Positions 18,415-27,608 of a stretch of DNA of 64,000 nucleotides are shown piece by piece. Within the stretch, counting starts at the first letter, position 1. Every line of letters starts with the position of its first letter. The stretch lies in contig JANNQV010000025.1 in the NCBI GenBank assembly GCA_031400935.1, positions 1-64,000 of the forward strand, read 5' to 3'. A model generated the notes under the pieces. That model worked only from the letters and a program-made list of their open reading frames with translations. It was not told the DNA's origin and searched no databases. The DNA comes from Armatimonadota bacterium (GTDB taxonomy: Bacteria > Armatimonadota > Fimbriimonadia > Fimbriimonadales > Fimbriimonadaceae). The position numbers and the translations under genes were made by a program.

Positions 18415-19326
18415 ATGTTGTCTCGAATACCGCAAAATGTGAGGAGAGTTGTTTTAGTGGCCTTTGACGATCCAGAATTGAATAATATCCGTGGGAAAAT
18501 TGCTCGCGCGATCCAAGAACTCCCTGCGCTTCCGGTTGTTGTTACAAAGGTTCTCGAAGTAACCCAACGAGAAACGGTATCTGCAACAGAGATCGAGCGC
18601 CTTATAGGTTCAGATCCAGCGATTGCTACTAAAACCCTACGCATTGTCAATTCTGCTTATTACGGTATGTCCAAACAAATTGGAAGTTTGAGCCAAGCCG
18701 TTGTGATCTTGGGTGTGCAGCAGCTTAGAAATTTGGTGCTAAGTATAAGTGCAATGTCATTGTTCAAAGCTCAATCCGTTTCGGCAAGGGATGCGCATCA
18801 CAAATTTTGGCTGCATTCAATTGCTTCTGCATCGGCAGGGTTGACCTTAGCGCGAAAGAGGGGCCTACCATCGCACGAGCAGGAAGTCGCTTTTGTCGGT
18901 GGACTTCTTCATGATGTCGGTCGCTTGTTTCTTTTTACAAATTTTACAGAAACGTATCTGGAAATTGATCGCCGTTTTCGAGAAGGAGAGGTCCTCGAAG
19001 ACCTTGAAATGAGTTTGCTGGGGCTCACACATGCTCAGGTTGGGCAAGTTTTGGCGCAAGTTTGGCATTTTCCCGAACCACTTTCCGAATTGATGGGATC
19101 GCATAACGGCCCGTTCAACTCGGAGACTGACACGCTCTTGTTGACAATGCATGTAGCTCACCTTCTAGCTGATCAAGTGTTGTTCGATCCGAACGCACTC
19201 AGTAGGCTCGATCCCTTTGCTTCTCAATGGCTTGACGGATTTGACGAGGAAGTATTGCAAATTCAAATTGAGGTTGAAGCAAGAGTTGACTCTTTCGAAA
19301 AGATCTACGGGCTGCTTGCAGCATAA
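18415..19326 (+). CDS. HDOD domain protein
   Basis: HDOD signature region (SAYYGMSKQIGSLSQAVVILGVQQLRNLVLSISA ... GGLLHDVGRLFL). Directly upstream of fliD. Confidence 0.7.
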   Translation: MLSRIPQNVRRVVLVAFDDPELNNIRGKIARAIQELPALPVVVTKVLEVTQRETVSATEIERLIGSDPAIATKTLRIVNSAYYGMSKQIGSLSQAVVILGVQQLRNLVLSISAMSLFKAQSVSARDAHHKFWLHSIASASAGLTLARKRGLPSHEQEVAFVGGLLHDVGRLFLFTNFTETYLEIDRRFREGEVLEDLEMSLLGLTHAQVGQVLAQVWHFPEPLSELMGSHNGPFNSETDTLLLTMHVAHLLADQVLFDPNALSRLDPFASQWLDGFDEEVLQIQIEVEARVDSFEKIYGLLAA

Positions 19327-19392
19327 CAAGCAACTTCTTTATGTAGAGAGCTGGTTGAGATCAGCCGATAACTACAGGAGAGTAGGTAAATC

Positions 19393-21672
19393 ATGGGCGT
19401 TGGATCAAGCTTAAGCGGCGTAACATTTAGCGGAATTGGTAGCGGAATTGACACAGAGTCAATCATTTCGCGTTTGATGGCGCTTGAACAGATTCCAATA
19501 AATCGCCTTCAGGTTCAAAGACAGCAACTAGAGGGAAGAAAAGCTGCGTTGGCAGCCTTTCGAGAACGAGTCGCAGCTGTTTCTTCAGCCGGAGCAGCAC
19601 TCAACTCTTCATCAGCATTCAATCCAGTTTCAGCTGCATCGTCAAATGCTGCGACCGCAACGGTTAGTGCAAGTTCGGGAGCAGTTTCAGGAACCTACAA
19701 CCTAGCCGTCTCAAAACTCGCTCAATCGCACAAAATTGCAAGTTCAGCTCAAGCCGATTTGACTACAGCACTAAATGTCTCGGGTCGAGTGATGCTGAAT
19801 GGTCGAATGGTTTCAATAGAAGTCACCGATACATTGACATCCGTTGCCCAAAAAATTAACAGCTCTCAGTCTGGAGTTACTGCAAGTATCATTAACGGCG
19901 GGGCGGGACAAGCATATCTAACGCTGTCGTCGGCTACTTCGGGTGCAAACGGGAAGATTCAAATTTCCGACCTCTCAGGATCAGTCGCATCATCTTTGGG
20001 ATTCACAACTGGTGCAGCCTCCATTCGTGAAGCCGTAACTAATGGCGCAGCGAGCAGCACATTCTCTGCTTCAACAACTGCAATTGGGACTCTGTTGGGT
20101 GTCACTGATTTGACTTCAACTACGGTCAACATAAACGGTACCGATATCTCTTTGAATCTGCAAACGCAATCCCTTCAAGACATTGCAAATACGATTTCGG
20201 CCTCAGCTGCCGGAGTGACAGCTAGTGTCAAAGCGGTAACAGCAAACGGAACAACCCGGCATAGAATCGAAATTGTCGGGAATTCTGGCACACCGACATT
20301 TGTTGATCCCAATGGAACACTTGAGTCATTAGGATTTCTCCAAAAGGGGTTCGGCAGCCAGCTTCTTGCTGCTCAAAACGCTGCATTTACAATTGACGGC
20401 ATGACCTTTTCAAATGCGTCAAACACGGTCACGACCGTAATTCCTGGTGTCACCTTAACTCTTCTCAAAGCGAATGAAACGACTCCAGAAACGTCAACGA
20501 TCAACTTGAGTCAAGACAATACGGCTGTAAAGACGAAAATCAAAGACTTCATGATCACTTATAACAATTTGGTTGACTTTGTTAAAGCAAATTCTGCGTT
20601 TGATAAGGAGAATTTTGATTCTGGCCTTCTTTTTGGAGATGCAACCGTTCAATCTGTAGAGTCGGCATTGTCTCAGACGATGTTCAATACTGTCCAAGGC
20701 TTGGCAACTTCCTATTCAAATATGGGTCAACTTGGCTTCACATTTGATACGGATAGCAAGCTAAAACTTGATGAATCAATTCTTGACACGGTTTTGAACT
20801 CAAATCCGGAAGCTGTAGGCAATGTGTTTCGTACTACAGGAGCCGGTTCAACCGAGTCGCTTCAATTTGTTTCGAGTACAACAAAGACAAAGATAACGGG
20901 CAGCGGAAGTTACTCAGTCAATATCTCGCAGTTAGCTACCAAAGGCTATCATAGGGCTGCAATAGCTCAAACAAGTGTAAACGCAGCTGTCGAAACTCTA
21001 ACTTTCAATGGTGCGTCCCTAGGCAATACGGCTTATTCGTTGACAGTTCCTGCGGGGAACTCCCTTCAGGCAACAATTGACCTAATCAACAACGATTCGA
21101 AGCTAAAAGACATCCTGATAGCAACCAACGACGGTGGATCGCTAAAAGTTGAAGCAAGAAAATTCGGGACTAACGGCAACTTCACCGTTTGGTCCAACCT
21201 TGATGCTGCCGCTGATAATTCAGGAATTGGAAAAGTGGACGGAGTAATTGGAGCGCCAGTTCATTACACTGGTCTGGATACCGCAGGAACAATCAACGGA
21301 GAAACTGCGACGGGCAGCGGCCAATTCCTAACCGGCAGCGTAGGGAACGCGAACACCGAGGGTCTTCAAATTCTTTACACAGGCACCACAACTGGCAACG
21401 TTGGAACTGTCAAGTTTTCGCGAGGTGTTGCCGCCAGTATTCAAGACTTGGTGACTCAATTTACAGACGGTGTTTCAGGCCTGCTAACAGCGAACGACAA
21501 CTCGTTGCAAGCGCAAATCAAGAATATTGATGACACAATCGGGTCTATTCAAGCTCGGACTGTGCTAAAGAACCAAGAGCTTCGTAGGCGATTCTCAGTA
21601 ATGGAGCAATCCATCGCACGATTTCAGCAACAAGCTGGGCAGCTAAACGCGATTTCTTCAGGACTAAGATAG
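19393..21672 (+). CDS. fliD: Flagellar filament cap protein FliD (hook-associated protein 2)
   Basis: FliD N-terminal motif (GIGSGIDTESIISRLMALEQIPINRLQ) and C-terminal coiled coil (LKNQELRRRFSVMEQSIARFQQQAGQLNA). 759 aa. Confidence 0.8.
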   Translation: MGVGSSLSGVTFSGIGSGIDTESIISRLMALEQIPINRLQVQRQQLEGRKAALAAFRERVAAVSSAGAALNSSSAFNPVSAASSNAATATVSASSGAVSGTYNLAVSKLAQSHKIASSAQADLTTALNVSGRVMLNGRMVSIEVTDTLTSVAQKINSSQSGVTASIINGGAGQAYLTLSSATSGANGKIQISDLSGSVASSLGFTTGAASIREAVTNGAASSTFSASTTAIGTLLGVTDLTSTTVNINGTDISLNLQTQSLQDIANTISASAAGVTASVKAVTANGTTRHRIEIVGNSGTPTFVDPNGTLESLGFLQKGFGSQLLAAQNAAFTIDGMTFSNASNTVTTVIPGVTLTLLKANETTPETSTINLSQDNTAVKTKIKDFMITYNNLVDFVKANSAFDKENFDSGLLFGDATVQSVESALSQTMFNTVQGLATSYSNMGQLGFTFDTDSKLKLDESILDTVLNSNPEAVGNVFRTTGAGSTESLQFVSSTTKTKITGSGSYSVNISQLATKGYHRAAIAQTSVNAAVETLTFNGASLGNTAYSLTVPAGNSLQATIDLINNDSKLKDILIATNDGGSLKVEARKFGTNGNFTVWSNLDAAADNSGIGKVDGVIGAPVHYTGLDTAGTINGETATGSGQFLTGSVGNANTEGLQILYTGTTTGNVGTVKFSRGVAASIQDLVTQFTDGVSGLLTANDNSLQAQIKNIDDTIGSIQARTVLKNQELRRRFSVMEQSIARFQQQAGQLNAISSGLR

Positions 21673-21875
21673 CTTAAATCGTCCGCTGACGAAACCATCT
21701 TAGCGCAGTTGCATTTACTCGGAATACTCATAGCATTCATGCCTGTTTTGAACCCAAAAAAGCAGGTAATTATCGCCGGAACTTCTGCAACCATTCAATC
21801 CGATTCTTTCATTGTGCCAATTGAAGTTGGCACATAGGTAACGGAATACCTTCAGAAAATCGGGGACGTGCAAGG

Positions 21876-22079
21876 ATGGCGCGAAGAAATCTAAAAATTG
21901 TAAAACTGTTGGAACCAGAATTATGCGTTGAGTGCAGGTTTGCTCAAATGGCAGACGTTGAAGCAACAGATGGTTCCATGCAGCGCATGATTTATTGTCG
22001 CCGACTTGATTGCGACAACTGGGACTTCGGAAGTGCTGAGCCAGCGAGAAGCGTTCATGTAGATGAAGAAGCGGCGTAG
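21876..22079 (+). CDS. Small Cys4 (zinc-ribbon-like) hypothetical protein
   Basis: 67 aa with CxxC...CxxxxC. Poor RBS spacing. No FliS-like gene follows fliD. Confidence 0.3.
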   Translation: MARRNLKIVKLLEPELCVECRFAQMADVEATDGSMQRMIYCRRLDCDNWDFGSAEPARSVHVDEEAA

Positions 22080-22084
22080 GGGTC

Positions 22085-22232
22085 ATTGGTTGTAAGTTAT
22101 CGGTTATTAGTTATTAGTTATTAGTTGATGGTTGTTGGTTACAGGTTGTTGTTACGTTTTGATTGATGGATGTATGAGCCTTTCCCTCCGCTAACCGCAA
22201 ACTGCCACCTGCCAAGCAACTGCGGACGCCTG
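22085..22232. repeat. Composite dispersed repeat: (GGTTATTAGTT)n on one side, CCGCTAACCGCAAACTGCCACC on the other
   Basis: Tandem GTTATTAGTT x3 at 22102..22131. Related to ACCAATAACCAAC (42109..42160), the inverted repeats at 57704..57819, and CCGCTAACTGACAACTGCCGCC at 32360..32384. Confidence 0.5.
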
Positions 22233-22297
22233 TTCCGCCATGACTTTTGACCCACCACTTGATCATGCAGTAGACTTCGCGTGTTGTCTCATTCAAC

Positions 22298-23194
22298 GTG
22301 CCCGAAAAGAATCAAAATTCTAAACTTTCCAGACGAAGCCTAATCAAACGGGTCGTCCTTGTAGCCAGTGGTGTGTCCGTTCTGGACGCCTTTGTTATCG
22401 AACCGAATTGGTTCCGCTTTTTCACCCAAACAGTTCCTATAATGGACCTCCCCCCAGAATTCGAGGGCTATCGAATCGCTCTCTATTCCGACATTCACGC
22501 ACCAAGAGACATAACGAAGAAAAACGCACAGAAGGCCGTAGAGTTGGCGATGGATTTCCGACCAAATTTGATTGTGCTTCCGGGTGACTTTGTCGCTCAG
22601 CCAAGGGGAGTTCATTGGGTTCCAAACCTTATGGAATACTTCGACGGCCTGGAAGCGCCTGACGGCATATTTGGAGTCTTAGGCAACCATGACCATTGGA
22701 CGAACGCCAAGGAAGTCGAGCGAAGAATTCATGCTGAAACACCAATTGAACTGATTCACGGTAGGCACATCCGTTTGAGGCGGGGAACTGGTGCCTTGGT
22801 TTTGGGTGGAGTCAATGACCTTTGGTGCGGGAACACAGATATTGATGAAGCATTGCAGGGAGTTGATCCAATCGTTCCACGAATATTGCTCAGCCACAAC
22901 CCCGATCTCGCCGAGATTTCGACCGCTAAAGCAAGAGTTGATTTGATGCTGAGCGGGCACACTCACGGTGGGCAAATTCGAGTTCCGTTCGGCCCTGCGA
23001 TCCACACCCCTTCAAAGTTTGGAGACAAGTTCGCCCAGGGACTGGTTGAAGGGAAAAGGTACAGGGTTTTCGTGACACGAGGAATCTGTTCTGCATTCCA
23101 TGCGCGATTTATGTGCCGACCCGAAGTTGTCGGTATTACCTTGCGGAGAATGAATTCGATTGAAGCTGAATCAAAGGCGGAAATCCATTCATAG
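22298..23194 (+). CDS. Metallophosphoesterase (calcineurin-like, YkuE-type) with a Tat-like signal
   Basis: SRRSLIKRVV twin-arginine-like N-terminus. Motifs GDFV, GNHD, GHTHGGQ. Confidence 0.75.
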   Translation: MPEKNQNSKLSRRSLIKRVVLVASGVSVLDAFVIEPNWFRFFTQTVPIMDLPPEFEGYRIALYSDIHAPRDITKKNAQKAVELAMDFRPNLIVLPGDFVAQPRGVHWVPNLMEYFDGLEAPDGIFGVLGNHDHWTNAKEVERRIHAETPIELIHGRHIRLRRGTGALVLGGVNDLWCGNTDIDEALQGVDPIVPRILLSHNPDLAEISTAKARVDLMLSGHTHGGQIRVPFGPAIHTPSKFGDKFAQGLVEGKRYRVFVTRGICSAFHARFMCRPEVVGITLRRMNSIEAESKAEIHS

Positions 23195-23216
23195 AAGGTA
23201 TAGTTACGTTCCCAAC

Positions 23217-23292
23217 GCGCTCGTAGCTCAGTGGATAGAGCAACAGGTTGCGGACCTGTAGGTCGGAGGTTCGAGTCCTCTCGAGCGCGCCA
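23217..23292 (+). tRNA. tRNA-Arg (anticodon read as GCG)
   Basis: 76-nt cloverleaf folded by hand. Acceptor GCGCTCG/CGAGCGC, D-arm GCTC/GAGC with A20, anticodon stem ACAGG/CCTGT, loop TTGCGGA, T-arm GGAGG TTCGAGT CCTCT, discriminator G, encoded CCA. Confidence 0.85.
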
Positions 23293-23302
23293 TTTTCCTA
23301 AT

Positions 23303-23440
23303 TGTCCATTCCGGACACATGGGTAACAGGACGTTCCGAAGACATAGGTTACACTCTTCTTGTGTCCATTCCGGACACATTGGAAACGAGTACCTCAAGC
23401 CGTTCAAAGAGCCAACACTTAACCGAATGGTTAAGTGTTG
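23303..23440. promoter_or_regulatory. Two copies of the palindrome TGTCCATTCCGGACACAT (49 bp apart) plus a perfect 13-bp-stem hairpin CCAACACTTAACC-GAAT-GGTTAAGTGTTGG
   Basis: Copies at 23303..23320 and 23352..23369. Hairpin at 23410..23439. Located between the tRNA-Arg and the ytxH-like gene. Confidence 0.4.
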
Positions 23441-23522
23441 GAAAAAATTATCAAAAAAACAGTAACGGAATTCCAAAGAAGGGCGTACAATATAAGTATT
23501 CGCAATTAGGAGAAATACGAAA

Positions 23523-23759
23523 ATGAGTGATAGAGACAATGCAAACGGTTTGCTTTATATGTTGGCTGGAGTGGGACTTGGCGCGATTATCGGCGCAGCC
23601 GCAGGCCTGCTTTTTGCCCCTAAACCAGGAGCAGAGACCAGAGAAGAACTTGCAGACAAACTAAAAGAACTGAAAGACAAGACTGGTGAATGGGTAAACG
23701 AGCAACGTGCGAAGCGAAACGCCACGCCCAGCGAGCTTTTAGAAGAAATCGGAGCGTAA
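23523..23759 (+). CDS. YtxH-like (DUF948) small membrane/stress protein
   Basis: 78 aa. GxxxG-rich TM segment followed by APKPGAETREELADKLKELKDKTGEW, typical of YtxH. Confidence 0.6.
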   Translation: MSDRDNANGLLYMLAGVGLGAIIGAAAGLLFAPKPGAETREELADKLKELKDKTGEWVNEQRAKRNATPSELLEEIGA

Positions 23760-23786
23760 CAGCCAAGAACGAGTATCCTTACCAGC

Positions 23787-24980
23787 ATGACAGGTTGGAG
23801 GTTAGCGCTTTGGTTGGGAATGGCTTGCGGCGCATTGTGGTTCCTCTACCTCGTGCGCGGCATTTTATTGCCGTTTTTGCTGGCAATAATTATCTCCGTC
23901 GTACTTGATCCTTCAATTCGGAAGCTACGAATGCGAGGCATGAACCGGTTTTGGGCGGTTTCGCTCGTAATGGTCGCGTTTTTTGCGATCGTGACTGGAT
24001 TTGCAGTTTGGCTCACACCGATGGTTGGTGGGCAGGTCACGACGTTTAAACAAACTGTTGAAAAAGTCAGTTCAAGCATTGCAGCCCCAGATCCGAATCA
24101 AAACTTTTTTGTACGGTGGAACCCTGTAATCGTCGCTGAAATGCCAGAGCGTCAAGATTTTATTGACCAAACCCTAAAACAATTTGAGCCGCAACTCAAG
24201 GCGGTAGGCATTCCAACTACGCGGAAAGCACTTTATGACCGCTATATTGCTCCAAACAGCAAGCAAATTTCGGCTGGAGTGCAGAACTTCTTTAATAGTT
24301 TGTTCGGATTTGTAGCAGGTCTCACATCGCAGATATTCTTGCTTGTTTTGACTCCGCTGTTGGTTTTCATGCTTCTTGTTGATCTTGAGCGTATCAAAAA
24401 GCGATCAGTAACATGGATTCCTCCAGCAATACGTGCCTCGACCGTAGAATTGATCAGCGAAATCAGCGATGTTTTCACAAGCTACCTTCGCGGAATGACG
24501 TTGCTGGTCGTTCTCTATATGTGTGCCGCATCGCTTTTGCTTCTTCTACTTGGCGTTCAATATTCAATCTTGATTGGAATGGCGGCGGGCTTCATCTATC
24601 TCATACCTTACATCCGAGTTTTCATTTCGCTGCCGATATTGTTTTTCGTGAGCTTTATGAGTGGATCAGACAAGCTCTTGTTTTTCACTTTGCCATCCAC
24701 GTTGCACTATGCGATGGCGGTTTGTATCATTTTCTTTGCGTTTGATGCATCGTATGACACACTTGTCTCGCCTCGAGTCATTGGTAAGGCAGTTGGGCTC
24801 AACCCTGTCGTATCCATGTTTGTGTCCTTAGCTGGTGGTGCGCTCTTTGGGATTCCTGGGATGTTACTTGCGTTTCCTACTGCTGGGGCTTGCAAAGTGA
24901 TTCTGGACCGGATGTTACGATATACATCTACGACTCCATCGGTACTTTCTTTGCCTTCAGTTCCCTTGAGGCATCGTTAG
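23787..24980 (+). CDS. AI-2E family transporter (PerM/UPF0118)
   Basis: 397-aa polytopic membrane protein with AI-2E-like topology and conserved proline/glycine-rich TM motifs. Confidence 0.8.
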   Translation: MTGWRLALWLGMACGALWFLYLVRGILLPFLLAIIISVVLDPSIRKLRMRGMNRFWAVSLVMVAFFAIVTGFAVWLTPMVGGQVTTFKQTVEKVSSSIAAPDPNQNFFVRWNPVIVAEMPERQDFIDQTLKQFEPQLKAVGIPTTRKALYDRYIAPNSKQISAGVQNFFNSLFGFVAGLTSQIFLLVLTPLLVFMLLVDLERIKKRSVTWIPPAIRASTVELISEISDVFTSYLRGMTLLVVLYMCAASLLLLLLGVQYSILIGMAAGFIYLIPYIRVFISLPILFFVSFMSGSDKLLFFTLPSTLHYAMAVCIIFFAFDASYDTLVSPRVIGKAVGLNPVVSMFVSLAGGALFGIPGMLLAFPTAGACKVILDRMLRYTSTTPSVLSLPSVPLRHR

Positions 24981-25040
24981 GGGTTTTGGGAGTGCCGTCA
25001 AGCCCCCGGGCTTCAGCAGCGATCTCTGCAATTCTTTATA

Positions 25041-25210
25041 GTCCCTACAGGGACTGTCGAAAAATGATCCCAAAGGGATCCAATGATAATAGCCGGAGTT
25101 CGAACGAAGAGAGACCACTGGTTCAAACGGTCTCCAAATTATGCACTACGGAGGATTTCCAGATTCCCATATCCCAGTTTCTCAACACTCCCTTACAGGG
25201 ATTGATCCCT
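25041..25210. repeat. Cluster of short hairpins with 3-nt loops between convergent genes
   Basis: GTCCCT-AC-AGGGAC (25041..25054), GATCCC-AAA-GGGATC (25066..25080), TCCCT-TAC-AGGGA (25189..25201, overlapping the kinase stop codon). Confidence 0.4.
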
Positions 25211-27406
25211 TTTCAACCTTGCAACCAGCTGCTCTGGCGTAATTCGAACTGTTCTGTTTCCGGAATCCAATGACACAGCCATCTCTATCGGCTCAATCCT
25301 AAATGTTGCGACCCCACTATCAAACGTGAACTCAACTAGCTCATCTGCCATTTCAACAGACTCAAGTCGGCCCGTTGCGACGCGCCATTTCTTAATCAAT
25401 CCGCCAAACGAGATTTCTTCATCCGTAATCAAAAGCCTTCCAGATTTTTCCTCTAGCTTCGATTCAGAATTGCCTTCATTCTCGAATACTTTCGTAGCTG
25501 GACCGTCCCAAAGCAGATCAGGCCGCTTGGGATGTTCTAACCCAATCTCGCCTCGAACATACGACTGAACTATCGCGTCGCTTAAGTCATCGTTAAACTG
25601 AGTTTCAGCCTGAGATTCAGGCAAGTTAAGCCCGATTCGGTGCCATTCAAAGGGTGCAAGGCTCCGTTCCAGATGGTTTTTTAGAGCTTCAATTGAAGAA
25701 TGCACGAGTTTGAGCGCATATAAATCATGGTCGAACTCGGTTCCGCAATCAGCGCATACGAATCCTGGTTGTTTGCTAGATTTCCCAACGCCGAGCCATC
25801 TCAATTCTTCGATAGACAAGTGCCTGCCAATCAGCAGGTCGCAAGAATGGTAAGGGTCGCGGTCTACGTTAATCAGTGTAATTGAAGTATCCGTCAGAAC
25901 ATAATCCGCTCCGCACGAATCGCATTCTGCGTTTCCGCCAGAAGCCGGAAGGTGCGCAGCAATTCTTGCCCATTGCTCTGGATAGAGGGCTCCATATTGG
26001 CTTGTGTTTGCAGGAATTGCTTGTCGCCGTCTTCCATCAGTTAGTTGGTCGAATTGTGCTCCGCACGCTTTGCACATATACAGGGTTTGCGTGCGGCCAG
26101 AGTCATCCAGCCACTGTTCGCCGGTCTTTGAAACGGGTTCAGAATTCAATTCATCGGGAGTGCAGAGCCATAGTTCGCCGTCGGGCTCGAATTTCGCATT
26201 GCACTCAGCGCAGAAAATCGAAACACCTTTTTTGAACATTCCAGACTTCTGGTTCTTGAGCACTCCCGCCTTGCAATGCGGACAGATACCATTGGGAAGG
26301 CGATTTTCAATTTGCCCGAGTTTGCCGTCCCTGCAACAAGGACATTGGGACTCGGAAGTCGGGCGAATTCGGACGATGCCATCTCGGCAAGCTGGGCATT
26401 GCCTAGGTTTGAGCGGTTTCGGCTGCTCTAGAATCCCGATTTGACACGCTGGGCATTGGCGCTTTTGGAATCGTAACGATTTCAGTTGACCTGCTCTTGC
26501 GTCGAAGTCTGCCAACGAAAGTGGGACGATAAAGGTCTCATTTCCTTGGAGAATTCCAATCAATTCTGCGGCGGATTTGGCTCTGTCCTTGAGCGATTTC
26601 TGCAAACCTCGGTCAATTGCGTTCTTTAATCCGAGTGGCAAATCTGGGCGTTCGGCTTCCATGAGTTCTAGGGGCGTCGCTTCTTCTTTGGTTCGAGAAA
26701 TTTCGGGAAGAACGGCAGCGAAAATTGAAGCGCATAGCGCGTAAAGGTCGGTTGCGGGACCTCTATGCACATTTGACTTTAGAACTTCTGGTGCCGCAAT
26801 CTCAGAAAGAAACTGTTGCAGTTGCGAGTCGGTTCGATCAGCTTCCCATTCGCGAGCGGCGCCTGGGTCAATGAGAAAGCCTTGTCCAGGCTCGAAAAGA
26901 ATGTTTGAAGGCCGAATATCGTGATGCAATCTTGTTCGATGAATGGCTTCCAGGGCTTCAAGCAAACTCTTAAGAAGATGCAGCGCATCGCGAGAATCAA
27001 GTGCCCCAGATTGCGCGATTAGGGCTTGCAGATTTGGGGCTTCCTCGAAATATGGCGAAACCGAGAAGGCTGTCCCAAGTTCTTCGAAAGTGGCGATCAC
27101 GGGCAAATTGCCCGATACTTGAATCTTGCCGACTTGAGTGGCATGAGAAATAAACCTGCGACGAAGTTCATGGGCGATTGTCCATTCTTGGCCGAGATCG
27201 GCGTATCCTCCAGGTAATCGGGAAGCCGCATTTGGAAACAGTTCGCGGACTGCAACATGGCTTTCTCGCAGTTTGTCCAATGCCAAATATGTACAGCAAA
27301 ACCCACCCATCCCAAGGCACTTCAGAATTTCAAATCGCTCATAGAGAACGATATTTGGTGCGAGCGGGGTTCTTGTACCTTGTTGTTCCGTTTGCGCTTG
27401 CAACAT
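25193..27406 (-). CDS. Ser/Thr protein kinase fused to four zinc-ribbon (CxxC) pairs and a C-terminal bPH-like domain
   Basis: Kinase subdomains (GMGGFCCTYLA, HHDIRPSNIL, DPG). Eight CxxC motifs. C-terminal LLITDEEISFGG...RLESVE resembles a bacterial PH domain. The start is chosen at MLQAQ; the ORF opens at 27559 through an (SP)5 tract. Confidence 0.75.
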   Translation of the reverse strand: MLQAQTEQQGTRTPLAPNIVLYERFEILKCLGMGGFCCTYLALDKLRESHVAVRELFPNAASRLPGGYADLGQEWTIAHELRRRFISHATQVGKIQVSGNLPVIATFEELGTAFSVSPYFEEAPNLQALIAQSGALDSRDALHLLKSLLEALEAIHRTRLHHDIRPSNILFEPGQGFLIDPGAAREWEADRTDSQLQQFLSEIAAPEVLKSNVHRGPATDLYALCASIFAAVLPEISRTKEEATPLELMEAERPDLPLGLKNAIDRGLQKSLKDRAKSAAELIGILQGNETFIVPLSLADFDARAGQLKSLRFQKRQCPACQIGILEQPKPLKPRQCPACRDGIVRIRPTSESQCPCCRDGKLGQIENRLPNGICPHCKAGVLKNQKSGMFKKGVSIFCAECNAKFEPDGELWLCTPDELNSEPVSKTGEQWLDDSGRTQTLYMCKACGAQFDQLTDGRRRQAIPANTSQYGALYPEQWARIAAHLPASGGNAECDSCGADYVLTDTSITLINVDRDPYHSCDLLIGRHLSIEELRWLGVGKSSKQPGFVCADCGTEFDHDLYALKLVHSSIEALKNHLERSLAPFEWHRIGLNLPESQAETQFNDDLSDAIVQSYVRGEIGLEHPKRPDLLWDGPATKVFENEGNSESKLEEKSGRLLITDEEISFGGLIKKWRVATGRLESVEMADELVEFTFDSGVATFRIEPIEMAVSLDSGNRTVRITPEQLVARLKRDQSL

Positions 27407-27435
27407 TTCGTATTTGAATTCTGGCAGAACTTGGG

Positions 27436-27466
27436 AAGGGGATGGGGATGGGGATGGGGATGGGTG
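27436..27466. repeat. (GGGGAT)4GGG hexanucleotide tandem repeat (G-quadruplex-capable), 30 to 60 bp upstream of the kinase start
   Basis: Read directly: GGGGATGGGGATGGGGATGGGGATGGG. Confidence 0.7.
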
Positions 27467-27507
27467 CAGGGTATGGAGTCCAGGAAAGAGGATTGAGTCT
27501 TTAACTG

Positions 27508-27585
27508 GGAACCGATAACTGACAACTGAAAACCGATGACTTTGAAACGCGCACCACAAACCCTTAACCCCAAACCCTTCCCCAA
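27508..27585. repeat. G-poor dispersed repeat copy (GAACCGATAACTGACAACTGAAAACCGATGAC ... CAAACCCTTAACCCCAAACCCTTCCCC)
   Basis: Shares the AACTGACAACTG core with 32369..32380 and 42147..42158. Confidence 0.4.
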
Positions 27586-27608
27586 AAGTGGAGCTAAACT
27601 AAGGAACC

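Noticed and set aside
21715-22086. 123-aa minus-strand ORF downstream of fliD, considered as a fliS candidate
   Set aside because: It has no FliS-like sequence, a Cys/His/Trp-rich non-coding-like composition, and it overlaps the somewhat more plausible plus-strand Cys4 ORF.
23303-23369. Possible mini CRISPR array (two 18-bp direct repeats separated by a unique spacer) next to a tRNA
   Set aside because: There are only two copies, the repeats are too short and are themselves palindromic operator-like sequences, and no cas genes or further repeats are present.
23217-23540. Integrated mobile element at the tRNA-Arg 3' end
   Set aside because: There is no integrase or recombinase downstream, no duplicated tRNA 3' segment, and the downstream genes (ytxH-like, AI-2E transporter) are housekeeping-like.
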